15,155 nt of DNA from Pseudomonadota bacterium (GCA_031416315.1 JANOTL010000147.1:1-15155); one strand, 5' to 3'; counted from the stretch's first letter, positions 7,360 to 15,155 are shown. The notes: generated by a model from the letters alone, not told the origin. Translations and numbers: made by a program.

Positions 7360-8568
7360 CTACGAGTTCTTCGCGCCCGGCTCCAAGCTCAAGATCGGCT
7401 CCGCCTGCCGCCCGGCCTCGATTCGCTTCACCGAGGCCTCGGTCGCCGCCGCCAAGGTCGACAGCTCGCCGATCGCCTTCGCCATCTCCGGCAAGGCCGC
7501 CCGCTTGAAGCTCGAGATGTCCTCGAGCGCGCCGTTCAGCTCGGTGAACGCGACCTTCAGGACGTTCATGTCGATCGAGGTCGTCGCCGCCTGTTTCTGG
7601 ATCTCGACGCCCTGCGTCCGGAGTTTCGCCGCCGTCTGCGCGATCAAGCTTGCGGTCGTCGCATTCACCGCCTGGATCTTGTCGAGCACGATCTTCTGGT
7701 TCGCCAGCGCCAAGGCGACCGTCACCGCCACCTGGAGCGCGCTGACCGTCACGGTCAGGGCGCGGTCGACGCCGCGCACCAGCTCTTTGTTGTTGCGGAT
7801 AATGATCTCGGTCGCGAGGATTCCCTGGAGCGTCACTGCTTGCTGCTGCTGCAGGTCCATGACGCGTTGACGGACGATGAAGAGGAGCTCGTCGCGCACG
7901 AACGCATGGCGCGGATCTTCCGGCGGAATGTCCCGCTGCAGCGTGTATTCGAGCTTTTGGTCGATGACGAGGCCGAGCTTCACGGACTGCTCGAGCCGCT
8001 TCGACAACTCGCGCATGCGCTTCTGGTCCTCGGCGAGCGTGACGTTGTCGCGCTTCAGCTGGTCCCTTCCCGTCTCCAGCGCGCGGATGATGGCGGAGAT
8101 GACCGTCTGCGCCGACTCGAACTTCGAGAAATAGCGCTTGAGCGGCGTACCGACGCCCGGCAAGGCGCCGAGCGCTCGCGAGAAGAAGCCGGGCGACAAG
8201 TCGACGGAGTTCGGGTTCAAGGTCTCGACCTGCATCTTCAGGTCGACCAGCGCGTTGGCGACCTCGCCGCCGTCCTCCGAGCGCGACGCCAGGGTCTTGA
8301 TCGGCTGCTTCAGCATCTCGCTCTGGCGGGCGGCCGCCTTTTGCGTCTCGAGGGCGAGCGACTCCGCGGTGGCGCGCACCTGGCCCATGCGCTCGTCGTC
8401 GCCTTGCGGCGACGAGAGGATGGCCTGCACGAACTTGTCGGCCTCTTTCTCCAACTCGGGGGAGTCGCCCGGCTTCGTGACGAGCGCCGTCTGCGCGAGC
8501 CCCACGACCTCGGCGCGGATCTCGCTCCCGGTGGCCGTCAATTTACCCGCATCGTTTGCTTCGGTCAT
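7360..8568 (-). CDS. Toxic anion resistance protein, TelA/KlaA/YaaN family, 402 aa
   Basis: Motifs GGEVANALVDLKMQVETLNP, GTPLKRYFSKFESAQTVISAII..LETGRDQLKRDNVTL, LFIVRQRVMDLQQQQAV..QG..ATEIIIRNNKELVRGVDRA..VTVSALQVAVTVALALANQKIVLDKI. All-helical coiled coil; SD GGGGAGAG. Confidence 0.9.
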   Translation of the reverse strand: MTEANDAGKLTATGSEIRAEVVGLAQTALVTKPGDSPELEKEADKFVQAILSSPQGDDERMGQVRATAESLALETQKAAARQSEMLKQPIKTLASRSEDGGEVANALVDLKMQVETLNPNSVDLSPGFFSRALGALPGVGTPLKRYFSKFESAQTVISAIIRALETGRDQLKRDNVTLAEDQKRMRELSKRLEQSVKLGLVIDQKLEYTLQRDIPPEDPRHAFVRDELLFIVRQRVMDLQQQQAVTLQGILATEIIIRNNKELVRGVDRALTVTVSALQVAVTVALALANQKIVLDKIQAVNATTASLIAQTAAKLRTQGVEIQKQAATTSIDMNVLKVAFTELNGALEDISSFKRAALPEMAKAIGELSTLAAATEASVKRIEAGRQAEPILSLEPGAKNS

Positions 8569-8633
8569 CGCGCTCTCCCCACGAATCGGCTAGAGAAAAT
8601 ATGGTATAGAGTATTCCACGCGGAGGCTCATCC
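8569..8633. promoter_or_regulatory. 65-bp divergent intergenic region with an AT-rich core and overlapping -10-like elements
   Basis: tagagaaaatatggtatagagtatt (8591-8615) contains TAGAGT on + and TACTCT/TATTTT on -. It is flanked by the two SDs (GGAGG 8622-8626 on +, GGGGAGAG 8573-8580 on -). Confidence 0.45.
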
Positions 8634-9371
8634 ATGGAAGATCGGAAAGGGGGCAACCTCGCGCCGGCGCGTCCGAACGCTCCAGCGCCACTGCCCGGCG
8701 AGCGCTCGGCGGCCCTGGCGAAGCTCGAGCGCCTAGCCTTCGCCGGCGGCGCCGCCCTGGTCGGCGCCGGCTTTTTCCTGAAGTTCCTGCCGAAGTTCAT
8801 CATGGTCTTCGGCGTTCTCGGGCTTGTTGCCGGCGTCGCGATCTTCGTCCTGCGCCGGCTCGCGGTCTCCGACGCCGCCATGGCGATCAGCCAGCGCGAG
8901 GTGGAGCGCGCGCGCATCGAGGCGGGCCGCGCCCGCTTCGCCGACGCGAAGAAGGCGCTTTACTCGGTCGAGGCCACCTCGCCCGCGCGCCCGATGGCGA
9001 TGCGAGCCTTGGCCCAGATCGACACCGCGCTCGACCTCGAGAAGACCTTCAGCGAGCTGATCGCGCGCAAGTTCGAGGCGGGCGAGTTGACCCAGGAGCG
9101 CTACGCGAATACGGCCGGCAATGCCATCGAAGCGCTCACGGCCAACATCGTCGAGGCCGCGCAACGGATCCGGCGGGCTGCGGCGGCCGATCCCGCGATC
9201 GAGAAGCTCCTGACCTCGAACGACAAGGCGCTCGAGGCGCTGGCCGCCGTCAACGGCGCCCTGGCCTCCATCCGCACGACCAAGGAAGGCACGACCGCGA
9301 GCCTCGACGCCGCGATCACCGACCTGACCGAGCTCGCGGCGCGCGCGAAGCTCTACGACGGGCGCGAGTAA
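8634..9371 (+). CDS. Membrane-anchored coiled-coil protein, probable TelA partner (XpaC-like architecture), 245 aa
   Basis: Strong SD. An N-terminal hydrophobic hairpin (LAFAGGAALVGAGFFL / FIMVFGVLGLVAGVAIFVL) is followed by a helical domain with KFEAGELTQERY and LDAAITDLTELAARAKLY. The family assignment is inferred from architecture and adjacency to telA. Confidence 0.7.
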   Translation: MEDRKGGNLAPARPNAPAPLPGERSAALAKLERLAFAGGAALVGAGFFLKFLPKFIMVFGVLGLVAGVAIFVLRRLAVSDAAMAISQREVERARIEAGRARFADAKKALYSVEATSPARPMAMRALAQIDTALDLEKTFSELIARKFEAGELTQERYANTAGNAIEALTANIVEAAQRIRRAAAADPAIEKLLTSNDKALEALAAVNGALASIRTTKEGTTASLDAAITDLTELAARAKLYDGRE

Positions 9372-9374
9372 GAC

Positions 9375-9923
9375 GTGCAACGCATCGCCATCCAATGGAA
9401 CGCGCCGCTGACCTTGGGCTTCGCCGTGATCTGCGTCGCCGTCGCCGCGGCGAACACCTTGACCGCCGGCACGCTCGTGCCGACGTTCATCGCCTTGAAC
9501 CAGAAGGGCGGCCTCCTCGGCTACACGAAGCTCGTCACCTACGTCTTCGGGCACTCCGGGTGGTCCCACCTCCTGAACAATCTTTCGTTCATTCTGCTGG
9601 TAGGCCCGGCCGTCGAGCAGCGCTACGGCGCCAGGGCTCTCGTCTTCATGGCCCTCGTCACCGCCATCGTCTCCGGCGCCATGAGCCTCTTCATCCTAGG
9701 CTCGGGTTTGGTCGGCTCCTCCGGGATCGTCTTCCTCTTGATCCTTCTCGTGAGCTTCGCCAACTCCAAGGCCGGATCCATCCCGGCCACCTTCCTCGCG
9801 GTCGCCGTCCTCTTCCTCGGCAAGGAGCTCGTGGCGGCCCTCCAGCCCGACAATGTCTCGCAATTCGCGCACCTTACGGGCGGCGCCTTCGGCGCGCTCT
9901 TCGGCTTCGCCATGCGTCGTTGA
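9375..9923 (+). CDS. Rhomboid-family intramembrane serine protease, 182 aa
   Basis: Motifs TYVFGHSGWSHLLNN (HxxxxHxxxN), GPAVEQRYG, GLVGSSG (GxSG catalytic Ser), SQFAHLTGG..FG (catalytic His), with multiple TM segments. It starts 3 bp after the upstream stop. Confidence 0.92.
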   Translation: MQRIAIQWNAPLTLGFAVICVAVAAANTLTAGTLVPTFIALNQKGGLLGYTKLVTYVFGHSGWSHLLNNLSFILLVGPAVEQRYGARALVFMALVTAIVSGAMSLFILGSGLVGSSGIVFLLILLVSFANSKAGSIPATFLAVAVLFLGKELVAALQPDNVSQFAHLTGGAFGALFGFAMRR

Positions 9924-9942
9924 AAAAAGTCTCGCCCCCCCC

Positions 9943-9969
9943 TGTCGAAACTGAGCGGGCTCGATCGTC
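9943..9969 (+). promoter_or_regulatory. ECF42-type promoter: -35 TGTCGA, 17-nt spacer, -10 CGTC
   Basis: TGTCGA (9943-9948), aactgagcgggctcgat, CGTC (9966-9969), 44 nt before the first DGPF gene. It matches the reported ECF42 consensus TGTCGA / CG(A/T)C. Confidence 0.8.
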
Positions 9970-10013
9970 ACCCCTGCGGAACCGGAAACCCTCGAAACGG
10001 GAAGGACGAGATC

Positions 10014-10358
10014 ATGGCTAAATTCATGCTGCTCCTCGGCGGCGTCGGCGCGCACGGACCCATTGTCGACATGCCCTACGAAAAGATCATGCAGGCTTAC
10101 GGCGCTTGGACGAACGAGCTGATCGCGAAGAACGCCTTTCTCAGCACCCACAAGCTATTCGTCGGCGAAGGCAAGCGCCTCGTCCCCGCCGAAGGCGACC
10201 GCGTGAAGGACGGCCCGTTCACCGAGACGAAGGAGACGGTGGGCGGCTACTACGTCATCGAAGCGAAAGACTACGACGAGGCCGTGAAGCTCGCCGCGGG
10301 CTGTCCGACGGTCGCGCTCCAAGGCGGCTACTGCGACGTCCGTCGCATCGAACTCTGA
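10014..10358 (+). CDS. YciI-family (DGPF-type) protein 1
   Basis: MAKFMLLL...YGAWT...VKDGPFTETKETVGGYYVIEAKDYDEAVKLAAGCP; SD GAAGGA. Confidence 0.92.
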   Translation: MAKFMLLLGGVGAHGPIVDMPYEKIMQAYGAWTNELIAKNAFLSTHKLFVGEGKRLVPAEGDRVKDGPFTETKETVGGYYVIEAKDYDEAVKLAAGCPTVALQGGYCDVRRIEL

Positions 10359-10368
10359 GGAGCGCACG

Positions 10369-10725
10369 ATGCCGAAATTCATGCTGGCCCTCCGGGGCAA
10401 CATGGCCGAGTGGAAGGCGCTAAGCGCCACCGAGGTCGAGACGTTGATGAATCACTACGGGGCGTGGACGGAGAGCCTGCGCAAGGCGGGACGATTCGAA
10501 TCGGGCCACGGGCTCGGCTATAAATCGGTGCAGCTCGTGCCTCCGGAGAAGGGCTCGAAGGCGCTCGCGCGCCTGGTCGACGGTCCCTACGTGGAGTCGA
10601 AGGAAGCACTGACGGGCTACTTCGTCATCAGCGCCGAGAGCCTGGACGAGGCGGTGGAGATCGCCCGCGGCTGCCCGGCTCTGATGCACGGCGAGACGGT
10701 CGAAATCCTGCCGACGGGAGACTGA
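10369..10725 (+). CDS. YciI-family (DGPF-type) protein 2, DGPY variant
   Basis: MPKFMLAL...YGAWT...VDGPYVESKEALTGYFVISAESLDEAVEIARGCP...VEI; SD GAGGAG. Confidence 0.92.
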   Translation: MPKFMLALRGNMAEWKALSATEVETLMNHYGAWTESLRKAGRFESGHGLGYKSVQLVPPEKGSKALARLVDGPYVESKEALTGYFVISAESLDEAVEIARGCPALMHGETVEILPTGD

Positions 10726-10732
10726 GGCGAAC

Positions 10733-11983
10733 GTGGACGGTGAAGACGCGCAGATGACGGGCGTCTACCGGCGCCACTACGGCAAGCTGGTCGCGATCCT
10801 GACGCGTTTGCTCGGCGTGCGCCGTTTGGACGATGCGGAGAGCATCGCGCAGGAGGCCTTCGTGAAGGCTTTGCAGACCTGGCCGTTCGAAGGTTTCCCC
10901 GCGAGCCCCGAGGCCTGGCTGACGACAGTCGCGAAGAACCGCGCGCTCGACGTCTTGCGCGGGGAGCGGACGATACGCACGAAAGAGGACGCCCTTGCGC
11001 ACGAGATACCGGCGGCCGTCACGCCGGACGAGGCCTTTTTCGAGGGCGAGCTGGCCGATGATCAGCTGCGCATGGTGCTCGCCTGCTGCCATCCGGCGCT
11101 CGGCCGCGACGCGCAGGTCGCGCTGACGCTGAAAACCGTCTGCGGCTTGAGCGTCAAAGAGATCGCGGCGGCGTTTCTGGTTCCGGAGCCGACCATCTCG
11201 CAGCGCCTCGTGCGCGCGAAGCATACCTTGCGCGATCGCGACGTGACGCTCGCCGTGCCGGTCGGCGCCGAGCTCGCCGAGCGGCTCGAGATCGCCCTGG
11301 AGGTCCTGTATCTGCTCTTCAACGCCGGCTACGCCGCGACCGAGGGCGAGGATCCGATCAAGGCGGAGCTCGCTGGCGAGGCGATCCGTCTGACCGAGCT
11401 CCTCTGCGCGCACGAGACCTGTGGCACGCCGACGGCGCACGCGGCCGCGGCGCTCTTCTGCTTCCAAGCCTCGCGCTTCGAGGCGCGCACCGACGACTAC
11501 GGCGAGCTGCTCGTGCTCGAGGAACAGGACCGGAGCCTCTGGGACCGCCGCCTGATCGCGCTCGGCTTTCGCCATCTGCACGCGGCGGCCAAAGGCGATG
11601 AGCTGACACCCCTGCATCTCGAGGCCGGAATCGCGGCGCTGCACGCGTCCGCGACGACGTTCGCCGCGACGGATTGGACGGGGATCATCCATCATTACGA
11701 CGAGCTTCATCGGCGTAGCCGCTCGCCGGTCGTCGCCCTGAATCGTGCGGTCGCCGTACTCATGCGCGACGGCCCGGACGCGGCGCTGAATGAGCTCGCG
11801 CCGCTGGCGAAGGCGGGCGTCCTCGAGACGTACGCGCCGTATCACATCGCGGTCGGCGAGGCCAAGCGGCGCCAAGGCGATCTGATCGCGGCAAAAGAGG
11901 CGTATGCGCGCGCCGCGCGGTTCGCGGGGAACGCGGCGGAGCGGCGGTTTCTCGCAAAAAGATTGCATCAATTGGAGGAATGA
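10733..11983 (+). CDS. ECF RNA polymerase sigma factor, group ECF42 (C-terminal DUF6596/TPR extension), 416 aa
   Basis: Sigma2 DAESIAQEAFVKALQTWP...PEAWLTTVAKNRALDVLR; DDQLRMVLACCHPAL; sigma4 ALTLKTVCGLSVKEIAAAFLVPEPTISQRLVRAK; VLYLLFNAGY; LEEQDRSLWD; DWTGIIHHYD; SPVVALNRAVA; AERRFL. It follows DGPF genes, as is typical for ECF42. Confidence 0.94.
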   Translation: MDGEDAQMTGVYRRHYGKLVAILTRLLGVRRLDDAESIAQEAFVKALQTWPFEGFPASPEAWLTTVAKNRALDVLRGERTIRTKEDALAHEIPAAVTPDEAFFEGELADDQLRMVLACCHPALGRDAQVALTLKTVCGLSVKEIAAAFLVPEPTISQRLVRAKHTLRDRDVTLAVPVGAELAERLEIALEVLYLLFNAGYAATEGEDPIKAELAGEAIRLTELLCAHETCGTPTAHAAAALFCFQASRFEARTDDYGELLVLEEQDRSLWDRRLIALGFRHLHAAAKGDELTPLHLEAGIAALHASATTFAATDWTGIIHHYDELHRRSRSPVVALNRAVAVLMRDGPDAALNELAPLAKAGVLETYAPYHIAVGEAKRRQGDLIAAKEAYARAARFAGNAAERRFLAKRLHQLEE

Positions 11984-11984
11984 C

Positions 11985-12320
11985 ATGGCGGTGTCGAAGG
12001 AGCTCCTCGCGGAGCTGGCGGGGAAGCTCGAGAAGGCGTCGGCCGGACTCGGAGAGGTGACGCAGAAGAAGATGTTCGGCTGTCAGGGATTTTTCCGCGA
12101 CGCCACGATCTACGCTTTGGTGTGGAAGACGGGGCGCATCGCCGTGAAGCTGCCCGACGACGCGCTGCGCGAGAAGGCCTTGGCGCTCGACGGCGCGAAG
12201 CCGTGGAAGGCAGGCGACCGGGTGATGAAGGCCTGGGCCCTTTTGCCAGAGGAGGTCGCGGCCTCGGGCGTGAAGCTGAAAAAGTGGGTGGCGGCGGCGC
12301 ATGCGGCTGCAATCGCATAG
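11985..12320 (+). CDS. TfoX/Sxy N-terminal-domain protein, 111 aa
   Basis: ATG lies 1 nt after the sigma stop, with GGAGG upstream. Motifs VTQKKMFGCQGFF...IYALV...IAVKLP...MKAWALLPEE...LKKWV. Confidence 0.85.
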   Translation: MAVSKELLAELAGKLEKASAGLGEVTQKKMFGCQGFFRDATIYALVWKTGRIAVKLPDDALREKALALDGAKPWKAGDRVMKAWALLPEEVAASGVKLKKWVAAAHAAAIA

Positions 12321-12325
12321 TTCCG

Positions 12326-12679
12326 CTATTGCGGGACCGAAAACCCCAACCCGCACTCCGGACACTCCGCCGCCGTCGTCGCGAACTCAGTCCCACATGC
12401 CGGGCACGTCGCGGTCGCCTTCGACGTGTCGAAGACCTGCTCGAGCAAGCTCGGGTCGGCGCCCAGATCCTGCAAGACCGCCATGCGCTCCTTCTGCATC
12501 ACCGCGCCGATCGTTTCGACGTCGTCCGGATGCGCCCAGATTTCCTGGCTCGGGCTGCAGCCGGTCTTGCAAGTCGAGTGATTGTACGCGAGCACGACGG
12601 TCACGCCTTCGCGCTCCATCCGCGACCGCAGCCGCTCCGCGTCCCGCACCGCCAAGATGCCCAATAAGACTTTGCTCAT
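12326..12679 (-). CDS. Small hypothetical protein: DUF2007-like N-terminus with a CxxxC loop, and a C-terminal zinc ribbon
   Basis: DAERLRSRMEREGVTVVL..HSTCKTGCSPSQEIWAHPDD, then CPACGTEFATTAAECPECGLGF. Confidence 0.75.
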   Translation of the reverse strand: MSKVLLGILAVRDAERLRSRMEREGVTVVLAYNHSTCKTGCSPSQEIWAHPDDVETIGAVMQKERMAVLQDLGADPSLLEQVFDTSKATATCPACGTEFATTAAECPECGLGFSVPQ

Positions 12680-12754
12680 CGCGAGATCTTAGCTTTACCG
12701 CCCTGGGCCCACCACCTATTCTTCATGAGCAAAATCGCCAAGAGGTATGCCGCT

Positions 12755-13447
12755 ATGTCTGGGCAGGTCGTTCTCGAGCAGGTGGTGAAGGAATATCCTC
12801 TCGGTAAGCTCAGCGTCCGGGCCCTCCAGGGCATCGACCTTTCGATCTCGGAAGGCGAATTCACCACGATCGCCGGCCCCTCGGGCTGCGGCAAGACCAC
12901 GCTGCTGAACCTCATCGGCTGCATGGACGTTGCGACCACGGGCAAGGTGCGCATCGCCGCACGCGAGACCTCGACGCTCTCCGACAAGGCGCTGACCAGC
13001 CTCCGCCTCGACACGCTCGGCTTCATCTTCCAGAGCTTCAACCTGATCCCGGTGCTCACCGTGTTCCAGAACGTGGAGTTCCCGCTGCTGCTGCGTGGCG
13101 GCATGGCGAAGCGCGAGCGCGCGACCCGGGTGAACGAGCTCCTAGAGCTCGTCGGCCTCACGCCGCAAGCGAATCAGCGCTCGAACGAGCTCTCCGGCGG
13201 CCAGCGCCAGCGCGTCGCCATCGCCCGCGCCCTCGTCACGCGGCCGAAGATCGTGCTCGCCGACGAGCCGACCGCCAACCTCGACTCCGGCAACGGCCAG
13301 AAGATCATCGAGCTGATGAAGTCCTTGAACAGCAAAGACAAGACGACCTTCATCTTCTCCTCGCACGATCCGCAGGTGATCGAGCACGCACGCCGCATCG
13401 TGCGTCTCTCCGACGGACGCGTGATCAGCGACGACCGCAAAGCCTGA
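12755..13447 (+). CDS. ABC transporter ATP-binding protein, LolD/MacB/SalX family
   Basis: Walker A GPSGCGKTT, Q-loop GFIFQSFNLIP, signature LSGGQRQRVAIARAL, Walker B/D-loop VLADEPTANLD, H-loop SSHD. The ATG at 12755 (GAGG upstream) is preferred over 12725. Confidence 0.95.
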   Translation: MSGQVVLEQVVKEYPLGKLSVRALQGIDLSISEGEFTTIAGPSGCGKTTLLNLIGCMDVATTGKVRIAARETSTLSDKALTSLRLDTLGFIFQSFNLIPVLTVFQNVEFPLLLRGGMAKRERATRVNELLELVGLTPQANQRSNELSGGQRQRVAIARALVTRPKIVLADEPTANLDSGNGQKIIELMKSLNSKDKTTFIFSSHDPQVIEHARRIVRLSDGRVISDDRKA

Positions 13448-13457
13448 GGCGCCCGCG

Positions 13458-15155
13458 ATGTTTTCTCCGATGCTCAAGGTCTTGCTCCAGGTCGCCCTCC
13501 GCAACTTGGCGCTCCACCGCCTGAAAACGGCGATCGTCGGCGGCATCCTGGCCTTCGGCGCCTTCCTCGTCGTCTTCGGCCTGACGTTGACCGACAACAT
13601 CGAGCGCTCGATGGCGCACAGCGTCGTCGGCTCGGTGGCCGGGCACCTGCAGCTCTATTCCGACGAGGCGAAGGACGAGCTCGCCCTCTTCGGCGGCTCC
13701 TTCATGGGCCGGGAGGAGAACGGCCTCATCCCGCGCTTCCGCGACCTGCGGGACGTCGCCCTGAAATCCGCGAACGTCGCCGACGTCGTCCCCATGGGCT
13801 TCGATATGGGCCTCGTCGCGCGCGGCAACGAGCTCGACGAGCTTTTCGAGTCTCTACGCCAGGCGCACAAGGCGGGAGACCTCGCCGCGCTCGAGCAGCA
13901 CGTCGCGTCTGCTCAGCAGGCGCTCGCGGTGGTGAAAAACGACCTCAAGGGAGAAGCGAAGATCGCCTCCAACACGGAAGAGATCGCGGCGAACGTCAAG
14001 GCGGTCGAGGCGACTGAGGCGCCGTCTTTCTGGACCACGGACCTGGCGACCAAGCCGGAGGAGACCTTCACCTACCTCGAGTCGCGTATTGCGCCGCTTT
14101 CGGACCAGAAGCAGCTCCTCTACTTCCGTTATCTAGGCACTGACATCGACCAATTTCGCCGCGTCTTCACCAAGTTCAAGATGGTCGCCGGCGAGCCCGT
14201 GCCGGCCGGCCGGCGCGGCATCCTGATCTCCCACAAGACCTCGGAAGACTTCCTGAAGAACCTCGCGGCGCGCGGCTTCGACCTGATCCAGAAGCGCCGC
14301 GAAAAGCAGAACCAGACGATCAAGGGCGACGTCGAGCTGCAGACCGCGGCCATCGACATGCCGAAGCAATACCTGCAGATCATGGTGCACCTCGACAAAC
14401 AGGAGTCGAAGGACGTCGAGGCGGCGGCCCGCGCTTTTCTGCAGGCGCAAAAGGAAACCGACGAAGGCGACCTCCAGGCGCTCGTGAAGAAAGTCCTCAC
14501 CGTCAACGACGACACCTTCGTCGCCCGCCGCGAGTTCTTTTACAAAGAGATCGCTCCCCGCATCCGCATGTACGAGATCATGCCCGGGGAGACGATGACG
14601 CTGCGCGCTTACACGCGCAGCGGTTATCTACGCAGCGTCCCCGTCAAAGTCTACGGCACGTACACGTTCGAGGGCCTTGAAGACTCCGACCTCGCCGGCT
14701 CGTTCAGCATCATCGACCTCGCCAGCTTCCGCGACCTCTACGGGCAGATGAGTGCCGCGGCCTTGGAAGAGCTCGCCGAGATCAAAAAGACCGTCCAGCT
14801 CCGAGAGGTCAAAGCTGGCGAAAGCATTGAAGACTCCCTGTTCGGGGCAAGCGCGGGCGAAGTCGAGGTGCAAGGCGCCGTCACCGCATCGGGGCCGCAA
14901 GCCGCGAGTCTCAACCTGCAAGTGCAGAAGGCGAGCGACGCGCCGTTCACCCAGCAGGACATCGAGGATGGCCTCGTTATCAACGCCGCCGTCATGCTGA
15001 AGGATCCGACGAAGGCGGCCGCGACGCAGGCGGAGCTGAAAGAGCTCTTCAAAGACGCCGGCGCGAAGATCCGCGTCGTGGACTGGCAGGCCGCCTCGGG
15101 CACCGTCGGGCAGTTCGTCATCATCGTCCGCGCCGTCCTGCTCTTCGCCGTCGCG
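13458..15155 (+). CDS. ABC transporter permease (LolE/MacB/FtsX type) with very large extracytoplasmic domain; 3'-truncated by the window end
   Basis: Absent from the ORF track because no stop is reached. Read by eye: MFSPMLKVLLQVALRNLALHRLKTAIVGGILAFGAFLVVFG...AGHLQLYS...; the same frame ends the window with VVDWQAASGTVGQFVIIVRAVLLFAVA (566 codons). 'A.RNL..hr.rT' and 'GHlQ' are typical of this permease class. Confidence 0.9.
   Translation, partial: MFSPMLKVLLQVALRNLALHRLKTAIVGGILAFGAFLVVFGLTLTDNIERSMAHSVVGSVAGHLQLYSDEAKDELALFGGSFMGREENGLIPRFRDLRDVALKSANVADVVPMGFDMGLVARGNELDELFESLRQAHKAGDLAALEQHVASAQQALAVVKNDLKGEAKIASNTEEIAANVKAVEATEAPSFWTTDLATKPEETFTYLESRIAPLSDQKQLLYFRYLGTDIDQFRRVFTKFKMVAGEPVPAGRRGILISHKTSEDFLKNLAARGFDLIQKRREKQNQTIKGDVELQTAAIDMPKQYLQIMVHLDKQESKDVEAAARAFLQAQKETDEGDLQALVKKVLTVNDDTFVARREFFYKEIAPRIRMYEIMPGETMTLRAYTRSGYLRSVPVKVYGTYTFEGLEDSDLAGSFSIIDLASFRDLYGQMSAAALEELAEIKKTVQLREVKAGESIEDSLFGASAGEVEVQGAVTASGPQAASLNLQVQKASDAPFTQQDIEDGLVINAAVMLKDPTKAAATQAELKELFKDAGAKIRVVDWQAASGTVGQFVIIVRAVLLFAVA

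Noticed and set aside
11985..12320. tfoX as evidence of natural competence
   Set aside because: Only the N-terminal domain is present and there are no competence genes in the window.
1..15155. Mobile element, prophage or anti-phage defence island
   Set aside because: No integrase, transposase, nuclease, terminal repeats or clear compositional shift was seen.

Overview
A GC-rich bacterial chromosomal segment with no mobile element, CRISPR array, rRNA or tRNA. The gene content suggests Oligoflexia/Bdellovibrionota or Myxococcota, which is inference only. Left to right: rimK and its RimB-like aspartic protease (-), a transaldolase (+), a helical-repeat/winged-helix putative regulator (+), a probable operon of Tat-exported flavoprotein, lipoprotein and corA (-), a DUF5679-like zinc-ribbon protein with a C-terminal membrane anchor (+), a 15-bp hairpin, a TelA-family gene (-) head-to-head with an XpaC-like membrane/coiled-coil gene and a rhomboid protease (+), an ECF42 sigma operon (two YciI/DGPF genes, sigma, TfoX-N) with a visible TGTCGA-N17-CGTC promoter, a zinc-ribbon protein (-), and a LolD/MacB-type ATPase with a large permease truncated by the window end. 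The best leads are (1) the divergent telA / XpaC-like / rhomboid module next to the ECF42 operon, a candidate envelope-stress system with intramembrane proteolysis, and (2) a 10-Lys tail on the RimB-like protease that reads as a Glu-rich linker in the overlapping rimK frame. Family calls come from motif recognition, not from database searches.
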